DNA of 64,000 nucleotides, taken from Catajapyx aquilonaris (taxonomy: Eukaryota). A program made the translations under genes and the position numbers. The notes beneath the pieces were generated by a model that was not told where the DNA came from, made no database searches, and was given only the letters and a program-made list of their open reading frames with translations. Each line of letters opens with the position of its first letter. Within the stretch, counting starts at the first letter, position 1. The stretch lies in assembly GCA_000934665.2 (NCBI GenBank), contig KZ538433.1:1-64000 (forward strand), read 5' to 3'. Shown in pieces: positions 53,686-64,000 of the stretch.

Positions 53686-56600
53686 ATGTCTCACTTGCCC
53701 TCACAACTGTCCCAGACCATCATGGGGCGCAATCCCATGATTGTTGTGTCCAACCGGTTGCCCTTTGTGCTCAAGAGGAATGCAGAGGGGAAACTCACTA
53801 GGCAGACCAGGTGAGACAGTTACGGTGTTTGAACTTTAGGAGACTTTTAGAGTGTAACTGTTTTTGGTATTATATAATTAAGATTCCCAAGAAGTTGAGA
53901 ATTTATACTCTTACAAGGAACAAAACTGTGCCTGAAGTACTGAGGAATACCAATGGAAAGTGGCAATTTAGGGCCAGTTGCACCGGCCTCAGTATAACTT
54001 AGAACCTCGGGTATAACAAGAATTGCCATAGCAATCATTGTTGGTCAACAATGATTGCTATGGCAATTCTTGTTATACCCGAGGTTCTAAGTTATACTGA
54101 GGCCGGTGCAACTGGCCATTATGGAGTTAACATACTCAGTTGGCTATATGACTTGTGCTGGTTGGGTATAAGGATTGTCAGTACAGTATATAGGCCTACT
54201 ATGATGCACCATCATGGAGATGAAAACTCAACTGAACTAATGTAACTATATTAAACATGACCCATTACAGACATTATGTCAGGCTGGTTTTTGTTTTGTC
54301 TGCATTTCTTTTTCTTCTTCATAATCTTAGGGGTAGTGCATTCACCTTACCGGTATCTAGCATGGACCTTTATTATTACTTAATCGTACATTAGATGTAT
54401 GTACATATCGGAACCATTTTGCGAAATGTCCGCGCCCACGGGCAGGATGACAGAAGGGGATGTGCAAAGTGCAGTACAATGTCGTTGCTAATGTCATTTT
54501 GTGAGCTCCCCTGGGTGGATTGGTCTATGGAAATTCCACCCGAGACAAAGCCAGAGACGACCCAACTCTGCACGAGATGAAGGGGGGAACCCCGAGCTGG
54601 GATCAAACCCGGGACCTTAACATCCGTGGACGTAATACGTTACTGCACCTCCACTCCTCGTCCCTTTGTCGGCACAATATTGATATTGTATCACGGTATC
54701 AACTGACCATTATCTTTCCCGACCATTATGAGCCTGAAAATGGCAGAGTCATGTGAGCAGGCTGAAAATGGGGTATGGTAATTCCACCTAAAATTTATCA
54801 TGTATTGTGTTCCGCCCTGACAAGGTCTTTCTGCTACCTCTTTGCGAGCCTCTTAGGCTAAGTACATAGTGTCACAGCATCCTTGTCCGTAGTAAATTGA
54901 TGAGACTTTTTATGGCGCAGCTGTAGGAGTGGCTATACGGTGCTGATTTGACCATAGTGAAATATGCATATTTCCAGGGAACTAAGCCACAGATTGAAAA
55001 TCTGAGACCTACTTCTATTGTAGTGATCATATGATATTGCCATTTTTGCAATGCTAAATGTTTTAAACAAGATGGTACTTAAATCAGGTTTAAAAAAAAT
55101 AATGACAAGTGTCTGACACAGCAAATAATAGTGTACTACTGAGGTTAGGTGCACTTGAATTTTATGCCATTGTAATAAAAGTTAATGTTAATAATAATGA
55201 TGATGATGATGATGATGATAAAACAGCAAACCCTTCCATGATCACATTAGCAGTCTCGTCAGATAGTTTTGAATAGTTCTCAATATTAATGTTTTTTCTG
55301 CATGGGAGTGTGGCGGCTATGGGGAGAGTCAGTAGAACAATTTTTGCTTTTTATTGGAACAAATAACGTAAAATCTGGGACATGATACCAACTTCATGAA
55401 TTGAGCCAGTCATTGCTCAAGTGTGATTCCATTTTTCTTGCCTTTTGTTCCCCAACACAGATACTTACAGTAAAACCTCGATATAATGCTCTTCAAGGGA
55501 CCTCCAAAAAGTAGCGTTATAAGCGGCGTAGCATTATATGTGAGAAAATTTACCTTATGGAAATGATCAAGGGACCGAAAAAAGGGGCGTTAAAAGTGGG
55601 AAAGCACTAAATGCGTAGCGTTATATCGAGGTTTTACTGTATAGTAACCTATTCAAATAAGATACAGGTAAAATCTCATTACAACGAAGCCCGCGGGACC
55701 GGGCAAATCTTTTCGTAGTAACGGAATTTCGTTAAATCGAGATTTGTTATTTTTATTTCCCCCGCAAGTATGACCGAATCTGTCAACTCCTGGCACACCT
55801 GTACGTCGTCATCTGCGGCTACAAAATCGTGAAAGGTAACTTCATCCGGCACTCTGATGCTTTCAGCATCGGGCCTCCACACAGACAGGTCGTCACGGTC
55901 ATCTGAGTCTTCACTGTCCTGGTCACTCCCCGAAACCGACACTGCCGACCCCTTAAAGGCCCATTCACACAGGCCGTCGACGGTTTTGGTTTTTGGTCTC
56001 GTCGACCCCGCGGACCAATCAGAGCGGGCCTTCACGTAAACAACGCGTCATGGTTACCGTGAGGGCCCGCTCTGATTGGTCCAAAACCAAAACCGTCGAC
56101 GGCCTGTGTGAATGGGCCTTAATGCAACTTCTACCCCAACATTTCACAATTGTTGACGGTGTTACACACGACCACACACTCGCTTATCGCTAGACAGTGC
56201 TGGAGCACATGTGGCGGAGCATTGCACTAGTGCATATTTCGTTATATCGAGTTCAATACTAGCCGGGGAACCACCTTACGTATTCGTTGTACTGAAAATT
56301 TCGTAGTAACGTATTTCGTAATAACGGGATTACAAATACATTGCTCTTACGGCTGGCCAACCAAATTTTTATTTTTATTGCGTTCTATTGAAATTTCATT
56401 GTATTGGTATTCGCTAAAACGATATATTACTGTATTACATTTTTGTACATGAGGTTGCTGCATGTTGTGAGTTACATAATAGGCTGATAAGAATAGCTTG
56501 CTGAACCAGCAGGTAGTCTACGTACGCATATATATTTTTTCCTCATTATTTTCTGTGAAATTACATGGTTGGGGCTTTTCAGATTTTGTGCTAGGTACCG

Positions 56601-59600
56601 GAAGTATTTCGCAAGCTATACTAAGAAATGATGCAATAAAGCTATTTATGATGTGGCTGAATGGCAATCTTCCAAGTTATACTTGAGACTAGCATTCCTT
56701 GAAGTTAGATGACAGGCCATGAATAAGATGTTATTTCTTGTTCATGTAACTTAACAAGAGTGCATATAAAGATATTATTAATGCTTGACTGGTTATGTCA
56801 TAATAATCCTTGTGTGAAAGGTGATACAAAATTTTACTAGGGCAGTTAACCTGGCTTTTCCAAGTATATTTTCCAGTGTGTTCTAATTCTTTTTCAGTTA
56901 GAGGCTTTTTGAGACTGACATGCTTATTACTAAGCAGTTACAGTAAAACTTCTATAAGTCGAATCTCCATGGGACCGGGAAAAATTTTCGAGTTATAGAA
57001 GATTCGAGTTAGAGAAGTTTGGATTTTTTAAAGCACAGAACTCTATAAGGAAGCCTACCTTTATATCCAGACACGAAAGGTTTTCAAAACTTAAACATAA
57101 CTGTCACTATCACACTTGCAATGTTCCTCGTTGTTTTGGTGTATAAAAAACTCCGTGATGGACATTTGCCTACGCTTAGATTCAAGGATTCAATGGTCAC
57201 AATCGAGTCAAACACTTCTTTCGGTGCGTTTGGTAGACGGAGATCAGGAAATTGAGCCTTTCTGTACATGTGGCCTACTCTCGACCCTTCGGCTGTGAAA
57301 TGAAAAAATTTTCCATACTATTCGCCAACATGAACTTCTACTTAGGGAGACTGAAAATGCATTGATATCCCATCGTAAGGCCCTGCCAGCACTTCGAGTT
57401 ATATAAATTCGAGTTAGGGAAGTTTATTTCCCTTTATTTTACATTGTGACCAACCAAGCTCGTCATTTTCTTCGACTTATAGAGAACATCGACTTAGGGA
57501 AGTTTGACTTATATAAGTTTTTCTGGACTTTTAGGGGCTATTAGTACATTTCAGATAATAGAGGAATATCACATACCTCCCCTTATGATGGAGTTGTTGC
57601 ATTTTGATTTGTGACATTGTACAGTACATTTTAAAGTTATGCTGATGTTCCTCTTTCTTTTGAGTATGTGCTTGTTGGGTTTTGTTTATTCCCTGCCAAA
57701 GAAATCATTAGCAGAAAGTTCAATCTCCTACCAAGGAGGGGGGCGTGGTGGTCTAGTGGCTAGCACCACGGCCTTCCACCTCGGATTACACTATGCAACA
57801 AAAATCAACTTTTTTTCTGTCCATGGAAATTCATTTCCTTAGGTCACTTGTAACTCATAATGACCATTCATTTTGACTTTGATTTGTTTTTGACCTTGGG
57901 GCAGTCAAAAAACCAAATTCCTCAAATACAGCAGTTTTTCCCAATCAAGTGGGCCTAAATGTTGCTAGACCATCCCGGATTTTGCTGTAGAAAATCGTAG
58001 CTGTACACACCTATGCCATAACACTGCACATCAAGTTTCAGCCAAATTGCAAAATACAGTGAGGATGAAAAAATCGCGAAATTTTGGAAATGGAGCCTTT
58101 TTTGGGTAATTTTTTTTCAGTTAGTGAGAGTGGTCAAAACCCAATAAACACAACAATCAAATTAAGAGAATCGCGAGGAGAATGTACCTATGGTATTTGT
58201 TTTCCTCGAAAATGTAACCAGAAAAACCTATGGCAGTCCATCGGTCACATGCCCAGTCACATGTCCAAGTATTTAGACCCCAACAATTAGTTATGTATTT
58301 CCATAAGAGCAACCACATTTGGTGACAGATGTTGTGACCCATACAAGATTTAATATGTTCAGTTTCAAGCCTGGGTCAGGCATGGCTCACAAGAAAATAT
58401 TAGAGATGTTTTGCACATTTACCATTAATTTTAATGGAGCCAAATTCTTGGACATGTGACCAATGAAATGCCACACACGTTTTTCTTGGCATTCTCCTTG
58501 TGTTTTTCTTTCATTCGATGTACACCCGCGAGCATAAAGATGGAGACGGCCGGCCCTCACCTTCGGCAGGCTGCTCTGTCAATCTCAGCAATTACGGTAT
58601 CAAATATACTGTCATAAATACACGGACACACGCTTGAAGCAGCACACTCGGTCCAAAATATAGTTCATTAATTTGAGTCGGATAAAGAAAGGTCAAAAAA
58701 GGGCCTGCCGTCTCCATCTTTATGCTCGCGGGGGTACATGTTGATTGGGTTTTGACCACTTCCACTAATCGAAAATATTATCCAAAAAAGGCCCCATTTC
58801 CAAAGTTTCAAGAATCCTTCCCTCCCCACAGTATATCGCAATTTGGCCGAAATTTTATGTGTACTGTTACGGCATCTGTGTGGACAGCTGAGATATTTTT
58901 CAGCAAAATCCGAGATGGTCTAGCAACATTTAGGCCCACTGGATGGGAAAAACCCCTATATTTGAGGATTTTGGTTTGTTGACTGCCCCGAAGTCAAAAA
59001 CAAATTAAAGGCTAATTATGAGTTATTATGAGTTATGAGTGACCTAAGGAACATGGAAATAGCGATGAATTGCTATGGACAAATATCTCGTTGCATAGTG
59101 TAATCTTCTCACATGGAAAGAGTTTTATAGGATCTCTCCATGCTTGAATAGGTTTTTGTGTGGTTTTAGCATTCTCACTGTAAACATCCGTCATAGTGCA
59201 GACAATGAACAATATTCAGTGTTGAAAGGAAGATTTTCGAAAAGTTCCCAGTAGGCATATCACACCGAAGCAGGTTGGCATAGTGGATAACGCGTCCAAC
59301 TGCTAATCGGGAGGTCCTGGGTTCGAATCCCGGGGCCGGCAACCTAGACCGTGGTTTTCTGTGGTTTTCCACGGTCTTTCTAGGATAATTCCGGGGTCAC
59401 TTCCGTATAATAGGCCACAGCCGCTTCCTTCCTTCCCTATCCTTGGAGGTTGAAAGGCAATGCTGGGCCAACCTCCTTAAATATAAATTATAAAGTAGGC
59501 ATATCACAGACTATCCAGTTATTTTTAAGATTATTAATTAGGGGAATGATTAATTGCCCACAAGTTCCATATTCATTACTGCCTGCTCTCTATCTTGATT

Positions 59601-62600
59601 GTTCCACATTGGTGCTCTTAACCTTGGTATTTCACAAAAGGTTTAGTGTACACACCCATGATTTTGCTTTTAGTGAGTAGCAACCCAATATAATTTGATA
59701 CAGATTAAATGACTATACATATTTCAGGTGTTTAAAGAAGGTGAAAGAGTATCAAGATAAGATTAGTTTTTATCAAGGATATGATGTAGTATGGTAGATC
59801 AATATGCTCTTGAGTACTATTATGTTAAGAAATAAGCACAATTACTAGGCTGAAAGAGCTCTCATGGCTATTCTACTAGAACAGCGGTTCTCAAACTTTG
59901 CGCAATAGGGGCCCACTGGGAAGTAATTCCAGATATTGTGCCCGCCCCTTTTTTTCGGCGAAAGCGAATAAGCCCGTGCCAGGCGAAGTTTTTTTTTTTG
60001 TTCAAGAGCACACATGCTTAGGTGAATGTAATAACTGACAAAGTACAGGGGAACCCTCCTATACTGTAACCACATCGTATATAAGCAAGTAGAAAGGTCG
60101 GTCCCTTCATATTTCCAGCAGTGCCAATGTACAAGTGCAGTTGAATTTGGATATAACAGACTTGTCTGCTATTTTCTGACTGCACAAATCCTTATTCAAA
60201 ACTGCACTTTTGGCTTTCAGAATTGCATGAATTGGGGGAGGTGTGGTGGCCGAGATGGTAACGTCTCGGCTTGCTGAGTGAAAGGCCCCAGGTTCGATCC
60301 CCGCCTGGGGAACTTTCCTTTCACCTGCGTCAGGAGAGTCTCTGACCTGCACCAAGGAGGTGTCTGGCAACCTAACCTCCTGGGGAACAGCACATGACCC
60401 ATTAGCTACGACATTGCACCTTGCACCCATGTTCCCTCCCAAAAAATCCCAATCCTTTCCCATCGTCCCTGTTTCCTTGCACCGGTGTATGAAGCAGAAA
60501 ATATATGCAGAAAACTGATGGTGGTATGCCACCCCCCTATAGCACCCATAAGGGTCATCACGGGGTAAACCAAATAAAAAATATATACATAATAATAATA
60601 ATTCTTGTAACCATGTCTCGTTGTACTAACATGATGTACAGTACCATTATGCTGCTGGAATGACCTCTTAAATAGAGATTGAATGTGATGACTATTTATA
60701 TGTCTTACAAGCAAACTAACTCTTTTTACTCTCCTAAAATTTGAAATTTTTTGGATTTTCTAATTCTGCTTGGGCTATAGTGTTGTGCAAACATCACCTC
60801 TACTGCTAATTTTCACGTTAGCAGGGTCAAAATACAAGCCAAAGAGCAATATTACGAAGCCACAACATCTGCATCCAGTCGTGGGTCGCAGCGCCGGTCC
60901 TACGTCCCCAGTCGCCACGACTGATATTTAATGATGTGTAAATGATTCATTAGACTTGATTCATGAATTGCTACATAAAAGTGATTTCGAAGCGTGTGAG
61001 GTGATATTCTACTCGTTCACACCACCCTAGAGCGCAATATACAGTCACGGCGACTGGGACCTGCAACCTGCAACTGGCTGCTAGTGTTGTGGCTTCGGAA
61101 TATCGCCGTTTAGCTTGTATTTTGATGTGAAAGTTATTTATTTTATTTTATTTTTTTTATTTTTCGTACCCCTTGATGGCCCTCTATGGGCCTTTCGGGG
61201 GGTGGCAAACCACCATACAGTTTTCTAATTAGTTTTTCTTCGAATCACCGGTGCAAGGATTACTAGGAAATAGGGTAAGGGTTGGGGATTTGGGGAGGGG
61301 ACACATGCGCAGGTGCATTGTCCAGCTGTGGGCCAGGTGCAGTCCCCCAGGAGGTCAGGTTGCCAAGACGCCTCCTTAGGCGCTGGTCACGACCCATTGA
61401 CGCAAGCGAAAGGTTTGTTCCCGGGTGGGGATTTGAACTCGGGACCTTTCGCATAGCAAGCCGAGACATTACCATCTCGGCCACCGTGCCTCCCCCTGAT
61501 GTGAAAATTAGCAGCAGCGGTGATGTTTGCACAACACTATAGGGCAAGCAGAATTTTAAAACCCAAAATTTTCAAAATTTAGTAGGGTAAAAGGAGTTTG
61601 GTTGTTAGCCAGGTGGTGTTGGTTCACCTTGACAGACTGAGAAGGCGGCACGGTGGCATAGTGGCTAGTGCCACAGCCTTCCACCTAAGGTCCCAAGTTC
61701 AATACCTAGGTCAGACAGATGAGGATACTTATGTGGTTCGAGTTTCAGTGGGTTCTCTCCATGTTCTTGTGGGTTTTCTTGGGGCTCTCCCGTTTAATCC
61801 AACAATCAAAACTCATCACAGCACAGATGATGCATAAAGTCAATGAATTAAAAGAGTTTCTTTTTCGTAACTCACTGTTCCCCAACAACTACACTACAGT
61901 TAATTAATGAGTAATGTTGACCATTTCAGTGCTGGTGGCCTAGTTACAGCAGTGGCACCTGTTGTTGTTCAGTGCAAGGGATTATGGGTAGGATGGCCAG
62001 GCATGTATTTTGATGACCCAAATGAGCCCATTCCTGAGTCGGACCCAAATGACAAGACTCCTACTGCTGGACTGAAGCCGTCTCAAGTGGTTCCTGTTCA
62101 TGTTGAGAAGGACATGTTCGAGAGCTACTACAATGGATGCTGCAATGGGACTTTCTGGCCTCTCTTTCACTCCATGCCTGACAAAGCTATCTTCAGCGCA
62201 GAGCACTGGGAGGTCAGTAGTTTTAAAACAAGATGAGGCAGACACATCGGAGAAGTAATGGTTAAAATGCCAATGTTGTTATTTGTACAGCGTGTTCCGA
62301 GTACCAAGGTCATTTTTAGTTATCTCTAATGTCCCCTGGAGTAGTAATTTTTGTGCAGCTTGTTGTGCGCCAATCCAGGTGCCAAATTATTCCCAGTTGG
62401 TCGAATATATCTGTTGCTATATAGGGTGTTCCCGAATTCGTGTGCCGAAATGATATGGGTGGTAGGGGGTACATATGGAAGAAGCATGGCATGGACCCGA
62501 AAGGCCAGCAACGACATTGACGTCGACGATGTCTATCCTTACAGGTATCCATACTTTGTCAGGATGCACATCGTTTATGTCAAAGGTCGACATCTGGACG

Positions 62601-64000
62601 TAGCATCAGCGGCCTTTCTGGCCATATCATGCCTCTTACAAGGTTCCATACACACTCCCTACCACCTATATAATTTTGGCAGACGAATTAGGGAACACAC
62701 TGTATAATAGGGCACCTCAATCAGAAGGGCACCAAGCTTCGAAAAAAAGAAGAAGAAAAAACAGCCTTGAGCAAAATTTCCTATAACGAAAGTGACCCAC
62801 TTGGAACACCCTAGATATATTTTGTTTTGGCAGTACACTCTCCCAATAACCAGCTTAAACTCATCATTGTGCTGGAAAAATCTGCCTTGTACCCCTGCAA
62901 GCAGCACCCAGCAGGTGTGGGTGGAAGCATGCATGTCTCAATCAGACAACCCACTTTTGCAAAACTCGAGTCACACTTCCACCTGCACTCGCTGTGGTGC
63001 TTCTTGTGGTGGGGGTGCAAGGCAGTTTTTTTTCCAGCATTGTACTAACCCTTTGATTTACTTTGGTATTAGAAACATTAACTTAGATCCATTCAAATAA
63101 CGGGTTTGTTCATGATGTGCCTGGGTTGGAAAGTATTCCTTACATATCAAAATTATTCACAGTGCGGTGATACCATTCAAGTATGGTACAAGCTCAAAAT
63201 TCTTTTATGTTTCTATTCCCATTGTCACAATTTGCAGATTTCCCATCATACAGTTTCTTCTATTTACTCGGATCTCCACTTGGATTTCAGGATTATGGGA
63301 AAGCCAACAACCTGTTTGCAGACCGCACCATGGAGGCCCTGCGATTGTCATTAAAGGATGACGACTCCACATCTTCCACTCCATTGGTATGGGTCCATGA
63401 CTACCATCTGATGCTCATTGCCAACACCATCAGACAACGAGCTGATGATGAAAACCTCCGCTGCAAGCTTGGATTCTTTTTACATATTCCATTTCCACCA
63501 TGGGACATATTCCGACTTTTTCCATGGGATGATGAAGTCTTACAAGGGATGCTTGGATGTGATATGGTGGGATTCCACATTGAGGATTACTGTCTTAACT
63601 TCATTGATTGCTGTCAGCGGCGACTTGGTTGTCGTGTTGATCGCAAGGCCATGTTAGTTGAACATGGAGGTCGGACTGTGCGTGTGCGTCCACTTCCGAT
63701 TGGAATTCCCTATGAGAGGTTTGTGAACATGGCCAAAGAGGCGCCTTCTGTTGTTCACTCTACAGGACTGAAGATAATATTGGGAGTTGACAGATTGGAT
63801 TACACAAAGGGTTTGGTGCATCGCTTACGGGCATTTCAGCGCTTGCTGGAGAATCACCCAGAGTATCTGGAAAAGGTTGCTTTCCTACAAATTGCTGTTC
63901 CATCACGTACTGACGTTAAAGAGTATCAGGATTTGAAAGAGGAAATGGACCAATTGGTTGGTTGCATAAATGGCCGCTTCTCAACTGCAAACTGGGCGCC
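53686..64000 (+). CDS. TPS1: Alpha,alpha-trehalose-phosphate synthase (TPS, GT20), 3' end outside window. Exons 53686-53810 (possibly from 53608 with upstream exon 53305-53367), 61930-62212, 63291->64000
   Basis: MIVVSNRLPF, SAGGLVTAV, LWVGWPG, YYNGCCNGTFWPLFH, VWVHDYHLML, GFFLHIPFPPWDIFRLFPW, GFHIEDYCLNF and LGVDRLDYTKGL are hallmark motifs of insect TPS. Splice phases are consistent. Confidence 0.95.
53971..54118. mobile_element. Perfectly palindromic PIF/Harbinger-type MITE in a TPS intron
   Basis: About 72-bp perfect arms, 2-nt loop, TTA TSD. Confidence 0.88.
54310..54660 (-). mobile_element. tRNA-derived SINE, family A, copy 3
   Basis: Shares the body (CATCTCGTGCAGAGTTGGG..CTCACAAAATGAC) with the other family A copies. 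Confidence 0.8.
55468..55639. mobile_element. pogo-like MITE
   Basis: TIR CAGTAAAACCTCGATATAA, TA TSD. Confidence 0.85.
55665..56432 (-). mobile_element. Tigger/pogo deletion derivative containing a Harbinger MITE
   Basis: Acidic Tigger-like C-terminal remnant VTFHDFVAADDDVQVCQELTD, TA-flanked CAG termini. Confidence 0.6.
55957..56119. mobile_element. PIF/Harbinger-type MITE
   Basis: TIR AGGCCCATTCACACAGGCCGTCGACGG, TAA TSD. Confidence 0.85.
56941..57525. mobile_element. pogo/Tigger-like MITE, sibling of 8804-9756
   Basis: Colinear with 8804-9756 minus the SINE. Right TIR decayed. Confidence 0.82.
57789..59100. mobile_element. Foldback element (CACTATGCAAC termini) with a nested MITE at about 58520-58740
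   Basis: Long imperfect inverted arms, TA flanks. Splits a family E SINE. The right end recurs at about 33815-33886. Confidence 0.72.
59264..59493 (+). mobile_element. tRNA-derived SINE, family C, copy 2
   Basis: Same head and body as 24933, TSD AGTAGGCATATCAC(A) on both sides. Confidence 0.85.
60235..60600 (+). mobile_element. tRNA-derived SINE, family B, copy 2
   Basis: Nearly identical to 8941-9287 over its whole length. Confidence 0.85.
60722..61595. mobile_element. Foldback MITE interrupted by a SINE
   Basis: CTATAGTGTTGTGCAAACATCACC..TGCTAATTTTCAC is inverted at about 61500-61545. Confidence 0.65.
61134..61497 (-). mobile_element. Diverged family B-like SINE inserted in a foldback MITE
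   Basis: Head GGTGGCCGAGATGGT, body GGCAACCTGACCTCCTGGGG, TSD TGATGTGAAA, A-rich tail. Confidence 0.75.
61644..61850 (+). mobile_element. SINE family E, diverged copy
   Basis: GAGGATACTTATGTGG..GGGTTCTCTCC..GGGTTTTCT shared with 38380-38648. Confidence 0.7.

Noticed and set aside
57789..59100. Transib/RSS-like element because of CACTATG termini
   Set aside because: The flanks are TA rather than a 5-bp direct repeat, and there is no transposase, so the assignment is unsupported.
1..64000. Prokaryotic system (CRISPR array, defence island, operon)
   Set aside because: Genes are split by GT-AG introns and there is no regularly spaced repeat-spacer array. The repeats are eukaryotic TEs.

Overview
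Eukaryotic, intron-rich arthropod (most likely insect) DNA, not a prokaryotic locus. It holds four protein-coding genes, each reconstructed by hand from GT-AG splice sites with matching phases. (1) and (2) are tandem, same-strand paralogs of serine palmitoyltransferase catalytic subunit 2 (SPTLC2/LCB2/lace-like): copy A is 5'-truncated by the window (337-13981) and copy B is complete (20495-40841, about 519 aa). (3) is a minus-strand, intron-containing, two-BED-finger hAT-transposase-derived gene (ZBED-like, about 809 aa, 48322-43318) with eroded catalytic motifs. (4) is the 5' part of trehalose-6-phosphate synthase (TPS), head-to-head with the ZBED gene. Introns and intergenic DNA are full of non-autonomous DNA transposons (TA-, TWA-, TTAA- and 8-bp-TSD MITEs, many near-perfect foldbacks up to 2.4 kb, often nested), mariner and Tigger relics, and at least five tRNA-derived SINE families. 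The most notable observations are: a modular SINE system in which unrelated SINEs share one structurally conserved 3' stem-loop tail and single families swap tails; an apparently domesticated ZBED gene sharing a divergent promoter region with TPS; and two SPT paralogs that each alter the normally conserved PATP substrate loop. No database searches could be run, so family names rest on motif recognition.
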